Of a stretch of DNA of 64,000 bases, positions 1 to 13,016 are shown piece by piece. The translations under genes and the position numbers were made by a program. The stretch's first letter is position 1. Each line of letters begins with the position of its first letter. Where the stretch lies: positions 37,324,001 through 37,388,000 of the forward strand of contig OX597817.1 of NCBI GenBank assembly GCA_951406725.2, written 5' to 3'. The notes below the pieces were generated by a model that was not told where the DNA came from, did no database searches, and was given only the letters and a program-made list of their open reading frames with translations. This stretch comes from Octopus vulgaris. Lineage: Eukaryota.

Positions 1-250
1 GTGTGTATTCTCGACGTTCCAACGATTATCTTGTATGACCATAAGTACCGTAGATCATTGAATGTTATGATGAGGTTTTTAATATTTATTCTTTCTTTCG
101 TGGAATATGGTTAAGATTGAGGACAATTATTGATTAAGATGTCAAAATTGAGGACACTTTCATATTTGTAAAGTTTGTGTGTATGTGTATGTGTCTACAC
201 TCACACACACACTCGCATATATATTATGATCATACACGCACACTCATTTA

Positions 251-315
<65 letters not shown>

Positions 316-387
316 TATACTTACTTATATATATTCGGTTACATATAAATATGTACATAACTATATATATTTGTGTATGTACATATG

Positions 388-459
<72 letters not shown>

Positions 460-746
460 AACGGGCGGTTTCACATTTCATTCTGCCGTTATGCATGAAT
501 GGCACCTTAATGATTAAGTTGAGAGGAAATGAGATTACTGATGCTTAAGATGTCCTGAAGAAACATTAGTGACGTCGCAAGTGAAGTGAAACGTTTTCAT
601 ACTGGAATCAAAACCGAATCCTAAATTGAGCTCACCATGAACTTACTGCTGACTCATAAATAGTTTTCGCTGTTTTCTGTCATGTTGTAGTTTATGTACA
701 TGTCTCTCTGTGTGTGTGCAAGTATGTGTGCGAGTGTGTGTGTGTG

Positions 747-781
<35 letters not shown>

Positions 782-1135
782 ATTGCTGTAAGATGTTTAT
801 CGGATCATATACTATAATAGAAAATGGTGCAAAATAAAGAGAAACACAGCGAACGTAGTATGTAGGTGAAGGAGGGGGAGGAAAAAAGGAAGAAGAAGAA
901 AAAGAACAACAACAACATCATTCGCAGCAGCAGCATCAACAGACAGCACAAGTGAGGAGAGGTGCGAGTTGGATCAAGCGTGAAGAAGAAAACAAGAGTG
1001 TGAAAAATCTAAAATGGTACTAATTGATAAAGAAAACATGACTTGTTTTATCTTGATATGTAACAGAATACTCCGCATATATTTGGCAGGCATGTTCTTT
1101 GAGATCGTACGAGGTTTAAATAGTACTGATTCTTA

Positions 1136-1270
1136 TCATTATTATCATCAATATCATCGTCATCATCATCATCATCATCGTTGTCTTCGTCATCATCATT
1201 GCCCTCAACATCATCATCATCATCATCATCATCATCGTCATTGTCGTCGTCATCTCCACCTCATCATTAT
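1136..1270. repeat. (CAT)n/(CGT)n trinucleotide microsatellite
   Basis: Imperfect run of cat/cgt units; explains the poly-His and poly-Ser ORFs. Confidence 0.9.
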
Positions 1271-1988
1271 ACTATGTTCGCCGAATCTCTTTCACAGAAT
1301 GACAAAGAAAAATTTAGAAAAGGAATTTTGCTGAAATCGACCTCACATCTCATTTGTAAGAAGAATTCTACGTAACAATTTACTTACAGCAGCATTCCAG
1401 GATACCCACCTATTAGGTATCGAACTCCACACGATCATTAACGAAAAACCATTCATTTTACTATTACTCAGAGTATAAATATATCCTTCATCAGTTACGT
1501 AACATAACAAGCACTCAGCAGGACTTCCACTAACGTAAACATACCACTTTGTTCCTTGGTAATATTGGGATATCGATTTCCAGACGTATATATCAGATTT
1601 GAGATATCACTTCACATATTGCCACAATAGTGTGTGAAACTTACTGAACCATGGGGGAGCCATAGGGTGGGGGCCAGATAATCTTACCTTTATATAACAC
1701 AGTCTATACCATAAATAGATATTGCTCCATAGCCATAAATACACAATGTCAGTTTCTATTTCTCTCGGTATTGCACAATGTCTAAAAATACGGTGTGCTT
1801 TTCACGAGTAAAGTGTATGAATGTGTACATGCATACGTACGAACCGATATGCACGCAAACACACATATGTAAAAATATATATGTATATGTACATATCTAT
1901 ATCCATATCTCTTTCTTTCTCTCCCTCTCTTTCATTTTTTCTCTCTCTTACACTCTTGATATATATATGAGTGTGTGTGTATATATAT

Positions 1989-2071
<83 letters not shown>

Positions 2072-2163
2072 TAAGGAAAAATTTTTTTAAAAATGCAGAA
2101 TGCTCAAATGAAAGAAAATTTTAATAAAATGAGAAAATGATAAAATATATAAATATATATATT

Positions 2164-2204
2164 TATTCAACCGGTTTTCGTCAATGTATGACTTGTCAAG
2201 AATA
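2164..2204 (-). ncRNA. Minimal type-I hammerhead-like motif, U3-A8 core variant
   Basis: Minus strand reads TATTC-TTGACAA-GTCA(tacat)TGAC-GAAAACCGGTT-GAATA: 5-bp stem I, 4-bp stem II, palindromic AACCGGTT stem III region. Confidence 0.55.
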
Positions 2205-2224
2205 TTTATGTTTTAAGAAGTTTT

Positions 2225-2312
<88 letters not shown>

Positions 2313-3564
2313 TATATACACACATATCACATATATATACACACACGTTTATATATACTTATATATATATATATATACATACACACATACATACATACTT
2401 GTATAATGTAAGTATATTTTTATATATGCTATCTCTTAGTTACTTCTGTCCATTTTTGCTGGGATTTTTTTATTTCCGAAGGAACAAAAAATATACACGT
2501 GATATTGAGAGAAATGAATATCAGTCAAATACAGAATGCTGTACATTGACAGTTGAAATGCTAAAATATAAAACATGTATTACTAGCCATTAGCAATAGG
2601 TGAAAGGCCTCTACTCCTAATGTATATTCTGTTCATCGTCAGGAGAATGATGAAAAACAAAAAACAAAGGGACAGGAATATTGATTACTAAGTATGATGA
2701 ATAGAGATCTTAAAAGGGACTCTGGTTGTATATTTATGTAATAAAACATGAGAGCTTGATTATTTTAAAGTTTTGCTTTTAAAAACCGTTAGAAAATTAC
2801 GTGATTAAATACGGTTATTATCAAAATATATACTGAAAATAATTGTATATATATTGGCATAAAAGACGCACTGGTATATTAGTCGTACCTTAATTACAAC
2901 ACTGCATGTTCAAGAAGGCATAAAACCATGTAATATAGGTCCAACGTCGCATATAGGCCCCAGAGGTGATGAATTTTAAGGCATTTTTATGCTGAGAAAT
3001 GTTGACATAATTGGGGTTTTCTGGAGATTTTAATATTTTGTAAGGTCAAGCAGTGTGGCGGTTATAATAAACATCGTATTTTCAAGTTGTTTATAATCCT
3101 TAGAAGGTTTGAAGCAAGAGAAAAAATGAAGAAAACAATTTGAAATAACAGAAAATACGGTGAATTTAGCTTCAGGAAATGCCAGTTATTGTTCTGATTG
3201 ATATGATTCTTTTCTCTATCAACGAAGTGACAAAATTTGCGGCGTAAGGATTTGTATGTTTTTTTTTTGCGTTAAAAGAAGACTTAACTGTCCAAATTAT
3301 TCAAAACTCTGCGTAATGCACCGTGGATTAATGAATGAATAAATCTATCTTGTCATCTCATGCACTATTGTGCAAATTAGACAGAACACTTTAGCTATGA
3401 TGTAAGTCGTATCATATATATAAATGTAAATAATTATAATTAACAAATTTCTCCGTAAAAAGGAGATGGATTTTATTTTTTTTTCTGACGATTGTTTAAT
3501 AAAACTAGACGCAAGTCGAATCGATCTTTCTTTTACTGACCACCGGAAGACGAAACCTATGGTT

Positions 3565-3620
<56 letters not shown>

Positions 3621-3645
3621 CCAAGCTGTTAGATATATGTCCGGT

Positions 3646-3713
3646 CATAGATTGACCAATGGTTTTGCATTCATAAAGTGCTAGGCCTTATAGACGGCTC
3701 GTCAGACTCAATG
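3646..3713 (-). ncRNA. Decayed hammerhead motif in a dispersed repeat (paralog of 47170-47228)
   Basis: Minus strand cattgagt-CTGACGA-GC...GC-AAAA-CCATTGG-TC-aatctatg; G12 is replaced by A. The flank tatgaccggacata is shared with the copy at ~47170-47255. Confidence 0.45.
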
Positions 3714-3738
3714 GCCAATGCACTTATCAATATACATA

Positions 3739-4965
3739 CAGGGTGCGTAAGGTATTTGAGGACATACCGCTTTTGGGTCATTGCTGCATTTTTTGCTAAC
3801 TCTGTATAATCTTTGTTTCAGAAAATAATAATGACAAACCCTCAGCTTACTCAAGAAATGAAGAGGCATGCTGTTATTGTGGTTATAAAGGCTGAGCATA
3901 GCAATTTAGAAATATCTCGATTTTTAAAAGTTGCCAGATCTTTCGTCTAAAAAGTTTGTAAGGAGCTAGAGACTGAAGATGGAAACGTACCACCACTATC
4001 AAAGCATAAAAAGCATTCTAAACGCTCTAAAATCATCAGAATACCTGAATTTATCCAGAAAGTTCAACAGACCATTGATTACAATTCAAGAAGGCCCTTG
4101 AGGTCAATTGCAAAAGATCTCAATGTGTCAGAAGAAACAGTCAGAAATGTTGTCCACGAAGACATCAGACATAAATCTTATATGATGAGGAATGGTCAAT
4201 TTATCAGAAAAAGCAAAAGAAAATCACTACATCTGATCTAAAATGCTCTTAAACAAATTGAAAAATCCAGCAGAAAATTTGATTTGGTTTTTCTCAAACA
4301 AGAAAAACTCCGACCGAGATCAAAAAGTAAACAGAAGAAATGACAGATGGTTATGTGCAGACCCTTCTAAAGTTCCAAATGTTATGCATACAATATTTCC
4401 TGCAACTGTCATGGTATTAGGGGTTGTCAGCAATGAAGGACGCGTGATGTCTCCTTACCTCTTCACACAAGGCCTTAGAGTTAACTATGCCACCTACATT
4501 GAGGTCCTGGAAATAATTGTTAAGCCCTAGATAGATATTGTATGCAATGAAAAGGCATGTGTTTCAGTAAGACTGAACTGTCACACAGTGGCTGAAAATT
4601 TTTATGATCACATAACCCCTAAACGTTGGTCTCCTAATTCCACGGATTTCAATCCTTGGACTATTACACGTGAAGCGTTGACGAGAGAGATCAAAGAACA
4701 CGCCCTCATTACCTAAGATTCTTTCAAAGCTGCCATAGTCAGAGTAATGTCCAAAATGAACCAGGACCACTTGATTCGAGCAAGTAGATGATTTAGATCG
4801 CATATAGAAGTAGGTGTTGAAGCTGAAGGGGACTTTATTGAATAACATTATAGACAGAAGGCTTATTTTTATCGTCTTAGCTTTTTTTTGATGAAGTTAT
4901 TATCTGTTATTATATATCTGTTTTTTATAAACATAAATCTCCCCTCGAATATCTTACACAGCCTG
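3739..4965 (+). mobile_element. Tc1/mariner-superfamily DNA transposon (DD37D/maT-like), full-length but inactivated
   Basis: Imperfect TIRs CAGGGTGCGTAAGGTATTTGAGG / CCTCGAATATCTTACACAGCCTG, with TA at the left end; ~1.23 kb; contains a transposase remnant. Confidence 0.88.
3831..4845 (+). pseudogene. Transposase pseudogene (stops and frameshifts)
   Basis: MTNPQLTQEMKRHAVIVVIKAEHSNLEISRFLKVARSFV* (HTH-like); WFFSNKKN (decayed WFSDEK); QKVNRRNDRW; PATVMVLGVVSNEG; WSPNSTDFNP (decayed WPPNSPDLNPLDY); ends EAEGDFIE*. Confidence 0.85.
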
Positions 4966-4995
4966 AATATGTATGTATGTGTATGTGTGTGTGTG

Positions 4996-5020
<25 letters not shown>

Positions 5021-5034
<14 letters not shown>

Positions 5035-5404
5035 GGCAGTTTGTCTGTGCGTGTTTCTGTGTGTCTGTTTTCTCGTACCCTCACCCTGACCACAGCTTTC
5101 AACCGATTCTGATGAAACTTGACACACACATAGCCCAATGTCATAATTCAAAACTAACGCAGCGAAAATTTTGAAAAGTTCCCCCAGTTCTGAAAAAAAT
5201 CGATAAATTCGACATGGGGTCGAGAATAAAAAAAAACAAACCACAGACTGTCTAGGGGACGCAACTCAACCTTTTATTACTCTCAAAAAAAAATTTACCA
5301 TCATTTTTTTCCCATTTTTTTGCTATTTTTTGGCTATAACTCTCTAAAAATGCTTTATAGTTATTTCCCTTACAAACCTGAGCAACGCCGGGCGATACTG
5401 CTAG
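5021..5404 (+). mobile_element. Non-autonomous Helitron
   Basis: 3' end has a short GC-rich hairpin (cctgagcaacgccggg, 5377-5392), then CTAG at 5401-5404 followed by T. The 5' part has tatataaa...(gtct/gtgt) repeats and aaccgattctgatgaaactt, typical of animal Lep1-like Helitrons. The 5' boundary is blurred by (TA)n. Confidence 0.75.
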
Positions 5405-5597
5405 TATATATATATATATACATAAAGTACCAGCACACGAAACTCACGGCCTTTTAGTCACTCTGTTGCTGCTGCTAATTATCAATAAAAATATACTTAT
5501 ACTCATATTCTGAGTTCTATTTTCCTGTTTGCATCACCATACATAAACACACACACACACACACCCATACATACATATATATATATATACATATATA

Positions 5598-5662
<65 letters not shown>

Positions 5663-7421
5663 TATGAGTGGGTGTCTGTAAATGGTCATCTGATTGTAGA
5701 GCGTAAATAACTGCAAAGACATATTATTATAGTGTAAGAGCTAACTAAAACCATACTGGTAAAAGAATAAACGAAATGTTATTTGATATTTCAGCTACTA
5801 AGTATGAACTAAATTACAGGGAAAGCTACTGTAATAACAAGCAGTAAAAAAAAGTAATATTTAAACAAATAGAAGAAAGCTTTTATGAGACCATACATCG
5901 ATAGGTTCTACTGATACCACCAAAGCCTTTTTCCTTGTATTATTAGAACGGAGGTTACAGGGAAGAACATCAAATAATGTTTCTACTTTAAACTTGTCCT
6001 TAAGAATTTATTTCTCCAGTTTAACATTGCCTGTAAAGGTTTTAATCACGTGGGGCGCCTTTGTAAACCCTCTACTTGCTCGAAAAAGCAGCTAAATCAG
6101 TCCTAAATTTTACTTTAACATTTTCAAAATACAACATAACTAGTAATATATACCAGGAATGGTATTAATTATATAATTAAGGGTTAGTAATCGCATTAAT
6201 ACCTTTAATCTTATATTTATTTGGTGAGAGACGATTTGGGACCTAAAGAACACTGACAACAAAAATATCGTAGAAGAATTGTTTTCACAGAAAGAGGGTT
6301 CAAATATAGAACTATTCCACTCTTGAAGTAGCGTGAGGTAATGGTTATTGTACAAGCAAACATTTGATTTCCAAAAGTAATTATTGTGCAAACTGGCTCA
6401 CTGTCCACTCAGCAAAGTGGACATGTGCTTACAATTTTCTAAAGTTAATCATAATACGTTTCCTTATATGATGATAATTATCGTCTCAATTTTCAGGCAA
6501 ATGCTTAACAAATTTGGGCGAGGCTGGTCATTCTATTATATCTTATATTAAATTTTATTGACCCCAAATGGATGAAAGTAAAGTTAGAACTCATACTCGT
6601 GTAAATACGGGACACAAGTATAAATACATGTATTCGCACACATGCATACACACATGTATGTACATGTAAGAAAAGAGTTAACAGTGACTTCGAAGTTTAT
6701 GGCTTGCCTGCCTTCGTCAGGCTGCCTTACGAAGGCTAGCATCCATTTCCTTCCAAACAGTTTAGTAAATATATACTCTCCTAAAAAGTATTGAATAATT
6801 CTGTTTAATCTAAAATGGTTCTGCATAACTTGATATAAAACAAGCTAATATATATTTAATATAATGGGAAAGAGAGAGACAAACAGACAGATAGACAAAC
6901 AGGTGGGCACGCAGGCAGGAACTAAGAGAAAATTCAGCAATTCAGTTATGAATCAGATTAAGGCATCAAATATACAGAAGCGGTACATGAAGTTGTGTGA
7001 CTTTCGTACATTTCTCAAGGACATTAGCGGCATTACTGAAAATATGTTTGCCTCTAATGGGAATTAAAACTTGAGTTGCGGATTTCTCTCAGGACTGCGT
7101 TTCTTATTGTTTTATCATATTGGCTCTGTAATTCCTTATCATTTCTCTGAAATATTTTAGTTATAAAACTGACTCCATTTTTTTTTTTTTTGCTGTTTTG
7201 CTTTTCTATCTTTTCTCATAAATTATTCTATTTGAATTTATATAAACTTCAGCATTATCCTTCATCGTCAATCTAATTTCCATCACAGCTAATAATCATA
7301 GCAGCAGCATCAACAACTTCACCACGGCCATCAACATCCTTCTGAACAACAGATTCAATATTACTATTATCATCACTTTTGTTATCACTGATGTCCTTCA
7401 CCTAATTCCTTCCACGTGGAC

Positions 7422-7422
<1 letters not shown>

Positions 7423-7482
<60 letters not shown>

Positions 7483-7500
7483 TAATAAAAATAATAATAA
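7423..7500. repeat. (AAT)n microsatellite
   Basis: Direct reading. Confidence 0.95.
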
Positions 7501-7865
7501 TCTTTATTATTACCATCACTATCTTCAATTACTTTCTTCTTCCATCCCTCCTGCTATTACGGATTACAAAACGGTTTCTCTCCATTCTAAATCCATTATA
7601 AGCTCTACGTATTATTATGTTTACTCTGTATCGTTCCGTGCCGATAATAAGCAGAATATAGCGTAATATGCATTTTGGATATTGCAGATACAAGCTCCTT
7701 ATCTAAGATCCACAGATATTATATTATTCTTCATTTGTTTTGCTTGGGTTTTGTTTCGGATCAAATTTTTTTCCCTTCTGCTATATTAATATCAAGTATT
7801 TGTTTCCTGAACGAAATATGTCTTATCCAAACCAGAAGTAGCAGCAAAATTTTTTTATGTACATG

Positions 7866-7866
<1 letters not shown>

Positions 7867-7936
<70 letters not shown>
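7867..7936. repeat. (GT)n microsatellite
   Basis: Direct reading. Confidence 0.95.
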
Positions 7937-7939
<3 letters not shown>

Positions 7940-8043
7940 TGAGTTCCGCATCAGGTTATTTGTATGACAATCGCAATATGTAGGTGAAATATTACTATAT
8001 ATATATATGTTGTTATTATTATTATTATTATTATTTCGTTTGT

Positions 8044-8187
8044 GGAGGCGCGTGGCTTAGTGGTTAGGGTGTCAGCATCATGATCGTAAGATTGTAGTTT
8101 CGATTCCTGGACCGAGCGACGCGTTGTGTTCTTGAGCAAAATACTTCATTTCACGTTGATCCAGTCCAATCAGCTGGCAAAAATGAG
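8044..8187 (+). mobile_element. tRNA-derived SINE, family C (5' part)
   Basis: A box tggcttagtgg and B box gtttcgattcc, then gttcttgagcaaaatacttcatttcac. Related copies at 41800-41915 (-) and 40270-40580 (-). Confidence 0.8.
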
Positions 8188-8257
8188 ACTGCTGCAAGGT
8201 CCGATTTTAATTTTACACCGTGGGGTGACCATAGCTGTTAATTTTACACTGTGGGGT

Positions 8258-8328
<71 letters not shown>

Positions 8329-8335
8329 GACAGAC

Positions 8336-8396
<61 letters not shown>

Positions 8397-8857
8397 CCTT
8401 CATATTGTATGTACACTTATATATAAAAGTATGCAAACATTATTTGAAGGATTAACCAACGTATTTATGAAGAAAATCACACCATACTTTACAAGTCAAA
8501 CTTTGATTTTGAAGTTTCAGTCCAGATTCAATCGTCAGACTCTTAAATTTTGTATTTATTATATTTCATCTATTTATTTGATTTTCCAGACCGTTTACGT
8601 ATGTTTGGGCTTACTACGTGGGTGGGGCTTACGCGTTGTTAAATAGGTGTGGTTTGATAATGTACTTTTATAGTTTTTGGCCTGTACTGGCATACAAGTC
8701 TGACATCGATGTTTTGATACGGGACTAAACGATCCCAAACCAATTAATAATCTTAGACATTAAATGTAACCAATTAAAGCAGATGTCACTTGCTGAACAA
8801 AACATTGATACTAATTGAATTAGTATGATGTTTTCCTTAGCTCTACCTCATTAAACT

Positions 8858-9162
8858 GTGGAGGCACATGGCCTAGTGGTTAGAGCAGCGGACTCACAGT
8901 CCAGGGATCGCCGGTTTGAATCTCAGATCGGACAATGTGTGTGTTTATGAGCGAAACACCTAAGCTCCACGCGGTTCCGGCAGACGGTAATGGCGAACTT
9001 CTGCTGACTCTTTCACAACAACTTTCTCTCACTCTTTCCTCCTGCATCTAGCAGCTCACCTGCGACGGACCGGCGTCCCGTCCAGGTGGGGAACCTATAC
9101 ACCAAGGAAACCGGGAAACCGGCCCTATGAGCCAGGCGTGGCTCGAGAAGGAACAAACAACA
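8858..9162 (+). mobile_element. Full-length tRNA-derived SINE, family D, with (AAC)-type tail and target-site duplication
   Basis: A box tggcctagtgg and B box ggtttgaatc. Near-perfect 13-bp TSD acctcattaRact (8845-8857 / 9163-9175). Close paralog at 12085-12389. Confidence 0.9.
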
Positions 9163-10872
9163 ACCTCATTAGACTAACGTGAAATGTTCCTTTGCACTAC
9201 CTCGTTTGCACTACTAACGTTCTCAAAGAGAAGACGTGCCATTCGATTCAGGAATTTAACCACCGACCTTATAACCTTATAATCTTAAGACAAATACCGT
9301 AACCACCAAGCCATGTGCTTATACTGCTTTACGCTTACCTGTCAAAGATTGATGGTTCCATTTGAATTTGAATCTCTGTATTTATTATTGTTACAAATAT
9401 GTTTCCGTAAAGTATATTAAGATAAAATTTTGAGCAATTTTCTGAATTATATATGTATGCATGCACACGTGTATGTATGTACGTGTGAATGTAGGTAGGT
9501 AGGTAGGTAGGTAATCTGTGTGAGTCTGTGCTCTTATGCTATATTTACGTGTAAGTGGCACTGCAAATATTTGTGCATATCATTATATCAATTTGAAGAA
9601 ATGTATATCACATGTATGTATCTAGCTTCGTATTCATATGTGTATCTGTGTATTTATATTATATATATATATATATATAAGCAGACAACAGAGAGAGAGC
9701 GAGGAGACCATATGTACGTACATGTTTGTGTGTGTGTATATCTGTGTGAGCAGATGTTTGTATGTGTGTGAGAGAGTAATATGTAAGTTAGTGCATATAT
9801 ATATATATATAAATATTCATCCTGGATATTGATGCAGTACATTAACGGTCACTGAATAACAAACAGTATTCTCTTGTTAATATAAAAACAGTTATCCATT
9901 CTGAAAATCTTGCATTTATCAAACTCGCCACATATAACGTGAATTTGAAGAATTTGAGTTGGCAATATCTTTCGTCTATTCAAATATTTTGTTACATAAA
10001 TAACTGATTTGCAACTAGTTCTTATCTATGTAGCTCTATTTCTTATAATTAGATATTTCAAATCTGTGTACCTATGTAGGGCAGAAGATTGGTAGAAGAG
10101 TTTCAAGGTCAGGCAAGATGCGTTTCGTTATCCGTTTTGGCACTTTGTATTCTAACAGCAATGCTGGTGACGAAACTGACACGCTAGACTTATATGTGTG
10201 GGTACCTTATTATCTTACTCAAAATATCATTACGATAATATTTCTTATGATAACATGTTCCAGTAACTCTTGTACTTTTATTTATATTTGGTAACTTAAT
10301 GACTAAGCACACTCTGGTCAATCATTTCTGTTTGCATATCTCAGAATCTGGCCAATATGGTAATGCTGTTCGAAGCTTAATTTTGTAGTTTGGAAGAATG
10401 TCTTGCTTCGGACAGAGAGAGGAAGAGTGAGAGAGAAGCAAAGGGAAATGACCTAAAATTGGTCGTTGCGCATGCGCAGATTAGAGATAATAAGAAAGAT
10501 AACAGCGATAGAAAAGAGATAGGAAAATATTAGATGATAAAGCGGAGAGAGAACGAAAGTAAGGAGAAGTTTAATAGGCCAAGATACTGATCCCAACAAG
10601 ATGCTCGTCGAGCATCACATCACACAGGTAGAGAGAGGGAGAAAGAAACACAGAGAAACGCTCACACGTATAGCAGTAGCATAAACACACCTATGTATAG
10701 TATAGAAGATACACAAGGACATAGAAAGATGTACTTACATCTTAGATGTTCTCATTTGCCCTCACATACACCCGCACGTAAAAATCAAAATAATACAACT
10801 GAAAGCTTTCAGCGTAGTGCATATCCATAGAAAACAAATGAGGTGAAATTTGAAAGAGAAGAAAGAGAAATG

Positions 10873-11255
10873 CTTATTCTTTACAACTCTAGGCACAAGG
10901 CCTGAAATTTTGGGAAGGGGGCCAGTCGATTAGATCGACCCCAGTACACAACTGGTGCTTAATTTATCGACCCCGAAAGGATGAAAGGCAAAGTTGACGT
11001 CAGCGGAATTTGAACTCTGAACGTAAAGAGAGACGAAATGCTTATTTCTTTACTACCCACAAGGGGCTAAACACAGAGAGGACAAACAAGGACAGACAAA
11101 CGGATTAAGTCGATTATATCGAACCCAATACGTAACTAGTACTTATTTAATCGACCCCGAAAGGATGAAAGGCAAAGTCGACCTCGGCGGAATTTGAACT
11201 CAGAACGTAACGGCAGACGAAATTCCGCTAAGCATTTCTGCCAGCTCGCCGCCTT
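10873..11255 (-). mobile_element. SINE family A dimer (core gcctttcatcctttcggggtcgataaa)
   Basis: Head aaggcggcgagctggcagaa, B box gagttcaaattcc; two tandem bodies with different tails. From memory the core resembles the Meta/MESC-type central domain; not verified. Confidence 0.88.
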
Positions 11256-12048
11256 AAGCGAAATTCTTATTTAAGGCCTAATGTGAGTTTCCATTTTGTG
11301 CCTAACAATAAAAAAAAATAGACCTTTCCACAGAGAAGGACTTTGTGCAAAATATTGGAAATTTCTCTCCCATCGGCATAGGAAATTAGGAAACTTTAAA
11401 TATTGCTAAATACTACAATTATCACAATACATACAATATATATATATATATATATATAACACATATGCAGCTAGACTGAAGACTGATGCTGATATATACA
11501 CATTTATATATGCATATTATGTGTGTGTTTGGGTGTATGTGAGTGAGGGAGGGAGTGAGTGAGTGAGTGATTGTATGCATCTGTGTCTTCATGTATGTAA
11601 CTGCATTTGTGCGTTTGTGAATCGTATTTATTTGCTATTGCAAATGTATGTTTTTATATGTCTATGAATGTATGAATACTAAATATGTTCTTCTTGGAAG
11701 ATAAACGGAGATATATTCAATTCACACACAAATACCATATTTCTCTCTACAATCACACAAAGCGTCCAACTCCGACATTTTCTAATTCGTTTTTATTCAA
11801 AAGCAAAGTCTACAAGAATTCGGTTTCATTTACCTACCTAGAAGTAATTCATAGAACTCCATTTCGGACGGCAAAACTACACATAAAACTGGTGTCATCA
11901 ACAACTATAATAGCTACAGTCTGATGAAGCCTTACGTCGTAAAAAGACATTTGAAGTTATTGACGACGTCTCATTTGTAAAAAAAAAAATTTTTTCTACA
12001 TGTATTATTAAGAGTTATCTTCAATTAAGGCTCAACTGTCGTTATATA

Positions 12049-12602
12049 CAGAGTGGCCCAAAAGTAGGTTTACAGTTATCACGTTGTTTGTTCCTTCTCG
12101 AGCCACGCCTGGCTCATTAGGGCCGTTTTCCCGGTTTCCTTGGTGTATAGGTTCCCCACCTGAACGGGACGCCCGTCCGTCACAGGTGAGCTGCAAGATG
12201 CAGGAGGAAAGAGTGAGAGAAAGTTGTGGCGAAAGAGTCAGCAGAAGTTCGCCATTACCTTCTGCAGGAGCCGCGTGGACCTTAGGTGTTTCGCTCATAA
12301 ACACACATATCGCCCGGTCTGATATTCGAACCGGCGATCCCACGACTGTGAGTCCGCTGCTCTTACAACTAGGCCATATGCCTCCATGTAGTTATCACGT
12401 AGGCACTTTAAATTTCTTTTAAAACATTTTATTACATTTAAATTTCTTTCTGACAAACTGAAAAGGGAGGTTGACAAAATTAACTAAACTAGCATAGAAT
12501 AATGGTTTCATATTTTTTTTATATAATTAAGATCTAAACCGTTAATAAATGAATGAGAAAGTGATAGTTGAATAACTGTAAACCTACTTTTGGGCCGCCC
12601 TG
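12049..12602. mobile_element. Tc1/mariner-type MITE interrupted by a SINE
   Basis: ~31-bp TIRs CAGAGTGGCCCAAAAGTAGGTTTACAGTTAT / ATAACTGTAAACCTACTTTTGGGCCGCCCTG, with TA on both flanks. Confidence 0.9.
12085..12389 (-). mobile_element. SINE family D nested in the MITE
   Basis: Reverse-complement paralog of 8858-9162; perfect 11-bp TSD agttatcacgt (12074-12084 / 12390-12400). Confidence 0.92.
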
Positions 12603-12985
12603 TATAATTATGCCTGAAACACAAATGTGTGTGTGTGCGTGTGCCTGTGTGTGTGTGTATGTGCGTGTGTGCATGCGTGCGTGTTGGATATATGAGAGGG
12701 AGAAAGAGAGAGTAAGGGAGTAAATATTAGATGTTATTCATTGACAGAATACAGCAAACATTTGTTCTCTATTTCTTTCTCTCCCTCGGTCTCCCTCTCT
12801 CTCTCCCTCCGTCACTCTCGCTCTCCCTCACTCTCTTTCCGTCACTCTCTTTCCCCCACTCTCTTTCCCTTATTCTCTCTACCTCATTCTCTCTTTCTCT
12901 CTCACAAATACATGCCCACACACACACACAAACACAGAAACACACACATACACACACAAACACAAACACACACACAAACACAAAA

Positions 12986-13016
<31 letters not shown>

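Noticed and set aside
550-602. ctgaaga...gaaacgtt hammerhead-like spacing
   Set aside because: Core words are present but stems I and II pair poorly; it could be an old remnant but is not supportable.
10458-10478. Perfect NRF1-type palindrome tgcgcatgcgca near an attgg (reverse CCAAT)
   Set aside because: A single short motif with no associated gene or CpG-rich region; similar strings arise in the TG/CA-rich repeats here.
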